Source: Candidatus Marinacidobacterium sp.
Lineage (GTDB): Bacteria > Acidobacteriota > Vicinamibacteria > Marinacidobacterales > Marinacidobacteraceae
NCBI GenBank assembly: GCA_965220965.1
Contig: OZ244852.1
Coordinates: 2,784,001-2,848,000, forward strand
DNA: 64,000 nucleotides
Reading direction: 5' to 3'
The notes under the pieces are model-generated. The model made no database searches. It had not been told where the DNA came from and was given only the letters and a program-made list of their open reading frames with translations. Made by a program: the position numbers and the translations under genes. Of the stretch, positions 30,764 through 42,648 are shown piece by piece (positions within the stretch are counted from its first letter, which is position 1; every line of letters starts with the position of its first letter).

Positions 30764-31564
30764 TCAGTCCGTTGGCCCGGAAGCCGCTTCCGCCGGCAGC
30801 CCGGAGGCCACGGCGCCGCGCACCTCGTCGATGAGCCGCCGGATGGCGACGCGGTCCCGCTCCTCCACCCCGGCGGTCTCGACCTGGTCGTGGTAGCGGA
30901 CGCGCACCCGGCCCGGGTAGACGAGGCGGCTCCCCGGCGGAAGGATCTCGCGCGCTCCCCGGACGCTGATCGGGACCACCGGGACCCCGGCGCGGGCCGC
31001 GATGCGGAAGCCCCCGGAACGGAAGCGCCCCAGCCTTCCGGTGCGGCTCCGGGTGCCTTCGGGGGCGATCACCAGCGAGTGCCCGTCCCGGATGCGCGTC
31101 GTCAGCGCATCGAGGCTCCGGCGCGCTGACCGGGCGCTGCCCCGGTCCACCGCGGTGAAGCCCACCGCCCGGAACCCCCAGCCGACGAGCGGCCAGCGGA
31201 ACGCCTCCGCCTTGATCAGCGTGCCGTTCGCGCCGGGAAGCACATAGAGCACGACCGGCATGTCGACCAGCGACTCGTGGTTCGGCATGTAGATCCGCGT
31301 CGCCACCGGTTCGATCCGTCGCCGGTCCTCTTCCTCCACCCGGATCCCGCCGATGCGGAAGCACGCCCCGCAGATGGCGCGTCCGATCTCGTAGCCGAAC
31401 TGGCGACGTCCGCTCGCTAGGTTCGCCAGCGGAATCAGCGCCAGCCCCACCAGGAGCATCGGGGGCAGCGCGAAGGCGATGCCCAGTGTTCCGAGGACCG
31501 CCCGCGCGTGCTGCGGCCAGCCGCGCCGCCGTCCGGGCGCCGGGGGATCCGCTGCGGATTCCAA
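30764..31564 (-). CDS. plsC: 1-acyl-sn-glycerol-3-phosphate acyltransferase
   Basis: 'NHESLVD' (HX4D) and 'PEGTRS'. Confidence 0.85.
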   Translation of the reverse strand: MESAADPPAPGRRRGWPQHARAVLGTLGIAFALPPMLLVGLALIPLANLASGRRQFGYEIGRAICGACFRIGGIRVEEEDRRRIEPVATRIYMPNHESLVDMPVVLYVLPGANGTLIKAEAFRWPLVGWGFRAVGFTAVDRGSARSARRSLDALTTRIRDGHSLVIAPEGTRSRTGRLGRFRSGGFRIAARAGVPVVPISVRGAREILPPGSRLVYPGRVRVRYHDQVETAGVEERDRVAIRRLIDEVRGAVASGLPAEAASGPTD

Positions 31565-31600
31565 CGGTGGGATGTCAGCCGGACGAACGCCCGGCGCGCG

Positions 31601-32254
31601 TCAGTAGCGCTGGATCGAGATCGTCACCGGCCGACGCTGCCGGTCGCCGCGGATCGCCCGCCGCCGCTTGATCGGCCGCGACGGGGTGACCGAGGTGGCG
31701 GGGGAGTGGTTCGCATCGGCCGTCTCGCGCACCTCGCCGTCGATGCCGTTCCGGCTGCGGCGGAGCGCCTCCACGACCTTGCGCTCCACGTCTTCGGGGA
31801 GCTCGTCGGCGACCTCGGCGAGTTCGGTCACGGTCAACTGGTGGGCCCGGTCGAGCATGCGCTTCTCGCGGAAGGACAGCGTCTTGCGCTCGCTGAGATA
31901 GAAGAGCCCCTTCAGCACGCCCGCGACCTCGACCGGCGAACCGCTCTTCATCCGGTCGGAGTTGTCCTTGTAGCGGGCCTTCCAGTTGAGGTTCTCGTTG
32001 ACCTCGCCGTGCTCGAGGACCTCGAGGACGGACTCGACCTCGGTCTCGGTCATGATGGGCCGAAGGCCGACTTCCTCCACCTTCTCCACCGGCACCAGAA
32101 CCAGGGTGGACTTCGACAGCAGGCGGAGCCGGTAGAAGCTCGGCCGGTCCTTGGCGGATTCCTCGAGCGCCTCGATCACGGCGATCCCCTGGTTGGGGTA
32201 GATCACCTTGTCACCCACCTCGAACCGCATGGGCTCCGACGCCTCCCCGTTCAC
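31601..32254 (-). CDS. carD: CarD-family transcription factor
   Basis: 'FEVGDKVIYPNQG', 'VGLRP', 'NWKARYK', 'LSFREKRML'; start may be 32230. Confidence 0.9.
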   Translation of the reverse strand: MNGEASEPMRFEVGDKVIYPNQGIAVIEALEESAKDRPSFYRLRLLSKSTLVLVPVEKVEEVGLRPIMTETEVESVLEVLEHGEVNENLNWKARYKDNSDRMKSGSPVEVAGVLKGLFYLSERKTLSFREKRMLDRAHQLTVTELAEVADELPEDVERKVVEALRRSRNGIDGEVRETADANHSPATSVTPSRPIKRRRAIRGDRQRRPVTISIQRY

Positions 32255-32375
32255 TGGACCACAGACCTAAGCCGTTCGCAAAACGTCAATTCTAGCACGC
32301 CACCGGGCGCCCAAACCCGCGCCGGGCGGACCGCCGGGACCAGTGGGTACACTGCCCGGGCGGTGGCTCCGGGCT

Positions 32376-32463
32376 GCCGGAGTGGCGGAACTGGTAGACG
32401 CACGGGACTCAAAATCCCGCGATCCTTGCGATCATGAGGGTTCGAACCCCTCCTTCGGCACCA
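32376..32463 (+). tRNA. tRNA-Leu(CAA)
   Basis: GCCGGAG acceptor, CGGGA-CTCAAAA-TCCCG anticodon arm, long variable arm, GGTTCGAA, encoded CCA. Confidence 0.96.
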
Positions 32464-32509
32464 GGCGCCGCGCCGCACCGCGTCGGAGCCGTCCTCTCCC
32501 GTCGTCGCC

Positions 32510-32848
32510 ATGATCCATCCCGAACTCCTCGAGATCCTCTGCTGCCCCGAGACGAAGCAGCCGGTGCGCCTGGCTTCGGGCGCGGTGCTGGATCGTCTCA
32601 ACCGGCTGCAGCAGGACGGCGAACTCGCCAGCGAGGGCGGGGCCCCGGTGAAGGCGCCGATCCAGGCGGGTCTGGTCCGGGAGGACGGGCGTTTTCTCTA
32701 CCCCGTCCAGGACGACATCCCGATCATGCTGATCGAGGAGCGGATCCCGATTCCCGAGGAATCCGGGGCCGCGTCCGGTTCAGAGGACCAGATTGAACAG
32801 GACCGCGATCCCCAGCATCATGAAGTGGATGCCGACTCCGGGACCTGA
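32510..32848 (+). CDS. Trm112-like protein
   Basis: 'LLEILCCPETKQP' and 'YPVQDDIPIML'; the tail overlaps the convergent gene. Confidence 0.8.
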   Translation: MIHPELLEILCCPETKQPVRLASGAVLDRLNRLQQDGELASEGGAPVKAPIQAGLVREDGRFLYPVQDDIPIMLIEERIPIPEESGAASGSEDQIEQDRDPQHHEVDADSGT

Positions 32849-33253
32849 GAGGAGCGCGCGGCGGAGGACCTGATCGTCCTCCTTCATCTCGGCGGCCGCC
32901 GCGGTCACCTCCCCGAACTCGGGGGGCGACACATTGCCCTGGAAGACGCCGTTGTAGAGGAGGTCCAGCTTCCACTCCTCGCGGGTCAACTGGGCGTCGA
33001 GCCACCACATCGCAAGCCCCACCGGAAAGGCGAGCCAGCCCAGAAGCACGGAGTCCTGAAGGGCCCCCACCCCGAGCAGCGCGCTCACTCCGAGGACCGC
33101 GCCGCGCTTGATCCACTGGGAACGTCCGGCGATGACGACCCGGGCCTCCTGGATCCGGTCGAGCGCCGTCTCGCGGAGCGTCGGTCGCCGCCCGGCGCCA
33201 GGCTCCTGGCCACCCAGCGGAGACGTCGATGGCGGCATGCGTCCGGGCTGCAT
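32780..33253 (-). CDS. Hypothetical membrane protein
   Basis: Three hydrophobic segments; ATG overlaps the upstream TGA. Confidence 0.6.
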   Translation of the reverse strand: MQPGRMPPSTSPLGGQEPGAGRRPTLRETALDRIQEARVVIAGRSQWIKRGAVLGVSALLGVGALQDSVLLGWLAFPVGLAMWWLDAQLTREEWKLDLLYNGVFQGNVSPPEFGEVTAAAAEMKEDDQVLRRALLSGPGVGIHFMMLGIAVLFNLVL

Positions 33254-33576
33254 CAGTGCACCGTCGAGAACTGCGAACCCTTCGCGCCCGGGGGCTCGGC
33301 GTCGGACTCCTCGACCGCCTGCATCTGCGCCTCGAGCATCTTGATGAGCGCCGGCACGATGCGGAACGGGACCGTGACCTGGGTTCGCGGTTCCGCGTAC
33401 ACGACCGCCTCCCCGCTGTCGTCCGCCGCCAGGTCTTCCGGCTGGACGCCGATCAGGTTGCAGAACGTGAGGGTGAGGTCGAACGGGGAGTGCGTCGCCT
33501 CGCAGAAGTTGGAGTAGATCTGCGGGCACGTGGCGTCCCGGCGGGCCTTGATCCGGAAGGTCTGCTTCGTGGTCAT
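33253..33576 (-). CDS. DUF3467-like protein
   Basis: 'IYSNF...THSPFDLTLTF' motif; RBS AAGGAG. Confidence 0.7.
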   Translation of the reverse strand: MTTKQTFRIKARRDATCPQIYSNFCEATHSPFDLTLTFCNLIGVQPEDLAADDSGEAVVYAEPRTQVTVPFRIVPALIKMLEAQMQAVEESDAEPPGAKGSQFSTVH

Positions 33577-33677
33577 CGACTCTCCTTCGGGGTTGCGGCG
33601 CCGGGCCCGGATTCCGGCGCGGTGGTGGGGGCCGTCCACGGAGGGACGGGTGTCGGGCGCGGCCGGGGAAGCGCCGG

Positions 33678-33751
33678 TAGCGGGGGGCGGACTTGAACCG
33701 CCGACCTAAGGGTTATGAGTCCTTCGCTCTCACCATCTGAGCTACCCCGCC
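33678..33751 (-). tRNA. tRNA with CAT anticodon (probably elongator Met; Ile2 not excluded)
   Basis: GGCGGGGTAGCTCAG...AAGGA-CTCATAA-CCCTT...GGTTCAAGTCC...CCCGCTA; followed by CCG, so CCA is not fully encoded. Confidence 0.92.
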
Positions 33752-33875
33752 GTCCGGACTCGCCGCAACCGACCGATATTAGCAGCCCGCTGATGAAGTC
33801 GCGCGGCGATGGCGCCCGCCTTGCGTCTTCTCCGGTGCAGAGCCGCCCGCGATGGGTGGCGAGGGGACAACATTC

Positions 33876-34553
33876 ATGAAGAACAACCTGACGGCGCGGG
33901 GCGCGACCCCGCGGAGGTCCCGCTGGACCCGCATCGCGCTGGCCAGCGTCCTTTTCGGCGCGCTCGGGCTCGCGAGCGCGGCGGTGGCGGTCGCGGCGAC
34001 CCGCGGCCCGTCTTCGGAGACGGTGGCGGCGGCGTGGCTCGCCGGGGACGAGGGGCTCGCGGTCGAGTCTCAGCAGGCCTTCCGTGACCGCCGCCGCGCG
34101 GCGTTCGCCCGCGGCGCCGGGTCGGGGCGCTTCCAGGGTGGTGGCGAGCGCCGGGGTCCGGCGATGGGCCGCGACGGCGGCGAGGCCATGATGCGGCTCG
34201 GATGGCTCATGAGGGAGCTCGAGCTGACGGACGAGCAGCGCGACGCGATCCGGGAGGCCGCTCGGGACGCCGCCGACGCGCGTCGCGACGGCCGGCGCGC
34301 CGTGCAGGACGCCCGCCGGGAGTTCCGCGAGGCGGCTGCCGATCCGGAGCGGGCCGCCGATGAAGTTCGCGCGCTCGGAGAAGCCGCGGGGCGCGCCGAA
34401 GCCGACGCCGCGCTTTCGCGCCGCGGCGAGTGGGACCGCATCGCCGCCGTGCTCACCGAGGAGCAGCGCGCCCGGGCGGAGGAACTCCGCGATCAGGCGC
34501 GCGACCGCGACGACCGCGGGTTCCGCGGTCGCCGCGGCTTCCGCGCTCGCTGA
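33876..34553 (+). CDS. Spy/CpxP-family periplasmic protein
   Basis: Signal peptide; 'LELTDEQR' and 'VLTEEQR' LTxxQ motifs. Confidence 0.78.
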   Translation: MKNNLTARGATPRRSRWTRIALASVLFGALGLASAAVAVAATRGPSSETVAAAWLAGDEGLAVESQQAFRDRRRAAFARGAGSGRFQGGGERRGPAMGRDGGEAMMRLGWLMRELELTDEQRDAIREAARDAADARRDGRRAVQDARREFREAAADPERAADEVRALGEAAGRAEADAALSRRGEWDRIAAVLTEEQRARAEELRDQARDRDDRGFRGRRGFRAR

Positions 34554-34573
34554 GTCGGGCCCGACCCGCATCG

Positions 34574-34611
34574 CCCCACCGGGGCTTCGGCTCCGGTGGG
34601 GTTCTTCGTTT
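34574..34611 (+). terminator. Intrinsic terminator
   Basis: CCCCACCGGGGC-TTCG-GCTCCGGTGGGG followed by TTCTTCGTTT, between convergent genes. Confidence 0.75.
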
Positions 34612-34615
34612 CCGG

Positions 34616-37762
<3,147 letters not shown>

Positions 37763-37868
37763 GGAAGACCTCCGGGGAGAAGAGCGGCGGGGGCGCCACG
37801 GCGCGGCCGGGAAATCCGGCGACGCCGAACCCCGTAGCATACGGGCGGCGAGCGCCGCCCCGGCTGAC

Positions 37869-37986
37869 TCAGGGCCTGAACGGCGAGGGATCCACGCTCG
37901 GCGGGGTCCCGTCGGCGAGTTCCTGGACGTGTAGTCCGGTCCCGAGCGACTGGGTGAAGCCGAGCATGCCGTGCCCGGCGGCGACG
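37869..37986 (-). repeat. Orphan duplicate of the last 38 codons plus stop of the dadA-like gene
   Basis: 118-bp direct repeat of 38302-38419 with 8 mismatches by manual alignment; encodes VAAGHGMLGFTQSLGTGLHVQELADGTPPSVDPSPFRP*. Confidence 0.93.
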
Positions 37987-38035
37987 CGTGTGGCAAGCTA
38001 GGGAATCGGCGGGCGGCTTTCGCCCGAGCCAGACA

Positions 38036-38305
38036 ATGGAACCGTTGCCCGAAGTAGCCCCGATGACGAGTGCGGAAAAGGCCCGCCGCGAGGCGGAAGT
38101 CGCGGCCTTCTGGGACGCCGTCGCTCGGCGGCTGCGACGCCGACCTCCTCCGGACCCGCTGCTCGAGGGCTTCCGTTCCGCGTTCGACCTGAGTCCGCGC
38201 TGGCGCCGGACGTGGCTCTCGGAAAGCGAGGGAGCCTGGGCGGACTGGGTTGGGCTTGGCTGCGACCTGCGGCGGGCGATCCGGAAGGCGCCTCCTCGGT
38301 CCTAA
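38036..38305 (+). CDS. Small hypothetical protein between the direct repeats
   Basis: 89 aa; 'EGFRSAFDL...ADWVGLGCDLRRAI'; its TAA overlaps the dadA-like TAG. Confidence 0.55.
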   Translation: MEPLPEVAPMTSAEKARREAEVAAFWDAVARRLRRRPPPDPLLEGFRSAFDLSPRWRRTWLSESEGAWADWVGLGCDLRRAIRKAPPRS

Positions 38306-39561
38306 GGCCTGAACGGCGAGGGATCCACGCTCGGCGGGGTCCCGTCGGCGAGTTCCTGGATGACCAGTCCGGTCCCGAGCGACTGGGTGAAGCCGAGCAT
38401 GCCGTGTCCGGCGGCGACGAGCAGCCCCTGCCGCCCCCGGGGGCGTCCGATCCTCGGAAGGCTGTCGGGCGTCAGCGGCCGGAAGCCGGCCCACGGCTCT
38501 TCCTCGTCCAGCGGGATGTCGGCGTTCAGGACCTGGCGCGCTCCCTCGATCACCGCGCGGTAGCGCACCGGGTTGAGCGCCGGATCGAACCCGGCGAGCT
38601 CGAGCGTCCCGGCGAACCGCACCCGGTCCAGGAACGGCGTGATGATGACCTTCTTCTCGGCGACCGTCGCCGGGACGGCGGGGCTGCCGGGAAAGGCGCG
38701 CACCGTGGCGCTGTAGCCCTTGGCGGGCTGGATCGGTAGCCGCACGCCGGCGGTCCGGGCGATGGCCGGCGAGTGCGCGCCGAGCGCGAGCACGGTCTCG
38801 TCGGCGGTTCGCTCGCTCGAGGCGCTGCTCTCATCCTCGACCGCGGCCCCGAGCACCCGGTCGCCGTCCCGGAGCAGCCGGGTCACGTTGAGTCCGGTCT
38901 CGATCCGGACCCCGTTGCGCTTCAGGGCCGCGGCGAGCGACTCCGCGAACCCGAGGCTGTAGCCGTGGGCGTCGGAGCCCAGGAAGAGCGCCCCGCGCAC
39001 CGCGCCCGAGAACACGGGTTCGCGCTCCCGGACTTCGTCCCCGGTAAGCGTCTCGATGGGGAAGCCCCGCCGCTCCAGCCACGCCGCCTGTTCTCCCGCT
39101 CCGGCGAAGCCGGCGTCGGTGACGAAGACCCACCAGCCGCCCTGGCGCTCGAAAACGAACTCGAGATCGCCCTCGTCGAGCAGCTCTCCGAAGAGGCGCA
39201 GGCTCAGGTGGGAGAGCGCGGCGATGGCCTCGAATCCGGCCTCGGACCGCGCCCGGGTCGCGGCCCGCGCGAAACCGAGGAGCCATGCGGCGAGCGCGGG
39301 GTCGGCCCGCCAGCGGATATGGAACGGGCTGTCCTCGCGGAGCATCCAGCGGAGCGCCTTCCAGACGACGCCGGGGGCGGGCAGCGGGTGCGAATGCGCC
39401 GGACAGAGGAGCCCCGCCGTTCCCCGGGTCGCGCCGTGTCCGGGAAGTCCGCGGTCGATGACGCGGACGTCCCAGCCCGCCCTGCGCAGGAACCAGGCGC
39501 AGGAGAGCCCGATCGCCCCCGCCCCCAGGACGAGGGCGGTGCGCTTAGGGCGCGTTTTCGT
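38302..39561 (-). CDS. D-amino acid dehydrogenase-like FAD oxidoreductase (non-canonical start)
   Basis: The frame extends upstream of the listed ORF through 'TALVLGAGAIGLSCAWFL' (GxGxxG); 'PAKGYS', 'WAGFRPLTPDSLP', 'GHGMLG'. Confidence 0.85.
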   Translation of the reverse strand, partial: TKTRPKRTALVLGAGAIGLSCAWFLRRAGWDVRVIDRGLPGHGATRGTAGLLCPAHSHPLPAPGVVWKALRWMLREDSPFHIRWRADPALAAWLLGFARAATRARSEAGFEAIAALSHLSLRLFGELLDEGDLEFVFERQGGWWVFVTDAGFAGAGEQAAWLERRGFPIETLTGDEVREREPVFSGAVRGALFLGSDAHGYSLGFAESLAAALKRNGVRIETGLNVTRLLRDGDRVLGAAVEDESSASSERTADETVLALGAHSPAIARTAGVRLPIQPAKGYSATVRAFPGSPAVPATVAEKKVIITPFLDRVRFAGTLELAGFDPALNPVRYRAVIEGARQVLNADIPLDEEEPWAGFRPLTPDSLPRIGRPRGRQGLLVAAGHGMLGFTQSLGTGLVIQELADGTPPSVDPSPFRP

Positions 39562-40045
39562 CGGCCGAGGGCCCGTAGGCGCCCGGCACCGGGATGCCGA
39601 GGAGCCGGTAGGAGACGCTGAGCTGTCCCCGGTGGTGGATGATGTGGCTCACGATGAACCGCCGGAGCGCGAGGTCGCGGGGATGCTGCTCGAGCACCTT
39701 CCCCGACAGGAGCATGCGCCAGGTCTTGCGCATGTGCTCGTCGGTCTTGCCGTCGAGGCTCCGAAGAAACCGCGCGGTGTTCGCATCGTGCGCCTCGATC
39801 AGTTCGGCGCGGGTCCGCCAGTCGGGGAGCTTGTAGTCCGACGTGGCGAAGTCGAAGTCATCGGCGTCCAGAAGCGTCGTCGCCCAGTTGGGCATGTCCA
39901 CCACGTGGGTGGCGAGCTTGGCGAGGGTCATCGACTTCTCGTGCGGCTTCCAGTCGGCATGGGCGTCATCGAAACGCTCGAGGAACCTCCGGGTGCAGGT
40001 GGCCTCAAGAATGAACTCGGCGATGAAACTCTCGGCGATCGTCAC
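39545..40045 (-). CDS. DinB-family protein
   Basis: 'WKPHEKSMTL..LATH', 'HIIHHRGQLSV', 'VPGAYGPSADE'. Confidence 0.88.
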   Translation of the reverse strand: MTIAESFIAEFILEATCTRRFLERFDDAHADWKPHEKSMTLAKLATHVVDMPNWATTLLDADDFDFATSDYKLPDWRTRAELIEAHDANTARFLRSLDGKTDEHMRKTWRMLLSGKVLEQHPRDLALRRFIVSHIIHHRGQLSVSYRLLGIPVPGAYGPSADENAP

Positions 40046-40169
40046 GGCGGCGGCCTCCTTGCGGGCTCACGGAGAGCGAGTCTAGATCAGCCATGGCGCC
40101 GGCGGAGGCGGCTTCCTCGCCTTGTTCCTATACTGCGTCCGGACTCGCCGTCGCGCGTCCATCCGCCCC

Positions 40170-41057
40170 ATGACTCATCCCGAAAAAAGCGATCCCACGC
40201 CCGTTGACGCGCCTTCTTCCGGCGCCAACCCCGGCCCCACCGAGGCGACCGATTCCGCGTACGCGATGGGCTACACCGAGGAGTTCCTCGGCATGCTGAC
40301 GCGACGCAACGCGCCCCGGGTCGCCGGCCACCTCCTGCCCCGCCTGAAGCCGGGCATGAGAGTCCTCGACATCGGCTGCGGGCCGGGCACGATCTCGGTG
40401 GGGTTGGCGGACGCCGTCGCTCCTGGCGGCGAGCTGCACGGCGTCGATATCGAGGATGGCCAGATCGGAATCGCCACCGCCGCAGCCCGCGCCGGAGGTC
40501 ACCACAACGCGCACTTCCGCGTCGCGAGCGCGACCGACCTTCCCTTTGATGCCGGTACGTTCGACGCGGCGCACGGCCACGCCGTGCTCATGCATGTCCC
40601 GGAACTCGGGAAGGCGCTGTCGGAGGTCCGCCGGGTCCTGAAGCCGGGGGGGATCCTCGCGTCCCGCGAGCTGATCGCATCCAGCAACTGGTTCGACCCG
40701 GATCCCGGGGGGAACCTGGACCAGGCCACGAAGCTCTTCGCCGATCTGCTCGCGGCCAATGGAGGAAGCCCCGACCTTGGGAAGCAGCTCAAGCGGCATC
40801 TTCGTGAGGCGGGATTTGTGGATCCTGTGGCGACTGCAAGCTTCGAGGTCTTCGCCGACGAGAGTGATCGCACGTTCTTCGAGGGCTTCGTGCGAGGCTG
40901 GTTCCTCTCGCCGGGGATGAAAGGGCCGGCGATCAGGCTGGGGCTGGCCACGGAGGCCGACTTCGAGGCCTGGGAGGGGGCGCTCGGCGAGTGGCGCAGT
41001 CACCCGGGGGGCGCTGCGGCCTTCGCCTGGGGAGAGTGCGTCGCGTTGAGTCCCTGA
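40170..41057 (+). CDS. Class I SAM-dependent methyltransferase
   Basis: 'VLDIGCGPG', 'LPFDAGTFD', 'RVLKPGG'. Confidence 0.88.
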   Translation: MTHPEKSDPTPVDAPSSGANPGPTEATDSAYAMGYTEEFLGMLTRRNAPRVAGHLLPRLKPGMRVLDIGCGPGTISVGLADAVAPGGELHGVDIEDGQIGIATAAARAGGHHNAHFRVASATDLPFDAGTFDAAHGHAVLMHVPELGKALSEVRRVLKPGGILASRELIASSNWFDPDPGGNLDQATKLFADLLAANGGSPDLGKQLKRHLREAGFVDPVATASFEVFADESDRTFFEGFVRGWFLSPGMKGPAIRLGLATEADFEAWEGALGEWRSHPGGAAAFAWGECVALSP

Positions 41058-41123
41058 GTCGGAGTCCAAGGGAAGTCGAGGCCGCGGGGCGCGCCGGAAT
41101 TGGCGGGGTAGCATCCGCCCCCC

Positions 41124-41915
41124 ATGCGCTCCGTTTCGTCCGTCCTGCTTCCCGGTCTGCTGACCGCTTCGCTCGCGACCGCAGCCGACGGAGAGTTCCT
41201 CGCGCGGACCTCTTCCGTCAGAGGACAGGAGTACCGGTGGCAGGTGTTCGCCCCCGCCGCCGTGCTCTCCGGTGAAGACCCGAATCCGCCGGTCATCCTC
41301 TTCCTTCACGGCGCGGGCGAACGCGGGTCCGACGGCGAGCGTCAGCTCGAGATCGGGCTTCCCGCCGTGCTTCGCGAGCGGCCCGATTTTCCGGCGCTGG
41401 TGGTGATGCCGCAGGCGCCGCAGAGCGCCTGGTGGGGCACCCCCGGGATCGAGGAGATGGCGCTCGGCGCGCTGGATGCGGCGATGGCCGAGTTCGGCGG
41501 CGATCCGGACCGCGTCTACCTCACCGGGCTCTCGCTCGGGGGCTACGGGACCTGGGCGTTCGCCTACCGGGACCCGGAGCGGTTCGCGGCGCTCATCCCG
41601 GTCTGCGGCGGGGTCGCCGCCGCCCGCTCCCGGCTGCCGACGCCCGACTGGCACCCGTCCGCGGTCCGCCCGGACGATCCGTGGGCCGAGACCGCCGCCG
41701 CCATCGCCGACATCCCGATCTGGATCTTCCACGGCGCGCTCGACCGCCGGGTTCCGGTGGACGAGTCCCGCCGGATGGTGGCCGCGCTCGAAGCGGCCGG
41801 CGGCGCTCCCCGCTACACCGAATACCCCGACGTGGCGCACCGCGCCTGGACGCCGGCGTACCGCGAGGAGGGCCTCTACGAGTGGCTCTTCGCGCAGCGC
41901 CGGACCGACCGCTGA
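41124..41915 (+). CDS. Exported alpha/beta hydrolase (esterase/peptidase)
   Basis: 'FLHGAGERGSD', 'GLSLGG', 'FHGALD', 'HRAW'. Confidence 0.85.
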   Translation: MRSVSSVLLPGLLTASLATAADGEFLARTSSVRGQEYRWQVFAPAAVLSGEDPNPPVILFLHGAGERGSDGERQLEIGLPAVLRERPDFPALVVMPQAPQSAWWGTPGIEEMALGALDAAMAEFGGDPDRVYLTGLSLGGYGTWAFAYRDPERFAALIPVCGGVAAARSRLPTPDWHPSAVRPDDPWAETAAAIADIPIWIFHGALDRRVPVDESRRMVAALEAAGGAPRYTEYPDVAHRAWTPAYREEGLYEWLFAQRRTDR

Positions 41916-41934
41916 GACGGTCGCGGCGAAAGCC

Positions 41935-42624
41935 ATGGGGCGCAGCCACATCCGGAGCCGGAGGAACGCCGATCCCTCGGGCTACGGCTTCGCTCCCGCG
42001 GAGGTCCCGAATCCGCTGGACCCGACTCACCTCTTCGGGGATCCGGCGAAGACGGCGCCGCTCGAGATTGAGGTGGGTTCCGGCAAGGGGACGTTCCTCG
42101 TCGCCGAGGGCGAGGCCCGCCCCGAGACGCTCTTCCTCGGCATCGAGCGGGCGCGCCGCTACTGGCTCTTCGCCGCCGACCGGCTCCGCCGCCGCGAGCG
42201 GGACAACGCCCGCATCCTCCGCGCCGACGCAAACGAGGCGCTGGCCGCCCTCCCTCCGGCCTCGGCCGCCGGCGTCCACGTCTACTTCCCCGACCCCTGG
42301 CCCAAGCGGCGCCATGCGCACCGCCGCCTCCTGGTGAACGCCGACTTCCTGGCGGCCGTCGAACGGGTGCTGCGCCCGGGCGGGCTCCTCCGGGTGGTCT
42401 CGGACGCCCCCGACTACTTCGCGGCCATCCGGGAGACGCTCGCGACCCGTCGCAACCTGGTCCCCTGTCCCTACGAGCCGCCGGCGTCCGCCGGCGACGG
42501 AGAGCTGGCGGGCTCGAACTTCGAGCGGAAGTACCTCGTCGAGGGCCGCCCCATCCAGGCGCTCGCCGCGCGGCGCGTGGAGTCGCCGCCGGAGGCGCTG
42601 GGGGATACGCCGGAGCGCGACTGA
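41935..42624 (+). CDS. trmB: tRNA (guanine-N7)-methyltransferase
   Basis: 'EIEVGSGKG', 'FPDPWPKRRH..RR', 'SNFERKY'. Confidence 0.9.
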   Translation: MGRSHIRSRRNADPSGYGFAPAEVPNPLDPTHLFGDPAKTAPLEIEVGSGKGTFLVAEGEARPETLFLGIERARRYWLFAADRLRRRERDNARILRADANEALAALPPASAAGVHVYFPDPWPKRRHAHRRLLVNADFLAAVERVLRPGGLLRVVSDAPDYFAAIRETLATRRNLVPCPYEPPASAGDGELAGSNFERKYLVEGRPIQALAARRVESPPEALGDTPERD

Positions 42625-42648
42625 CGCGGCGGGAAGGGACAGCGAGGG

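Noticed and set aside
37869-38419. Diversity-generating retroelement TR/VR pair
   Set aside because: No reverse transcriptase in the window, and mismatches are not confined to adenines of one copy.
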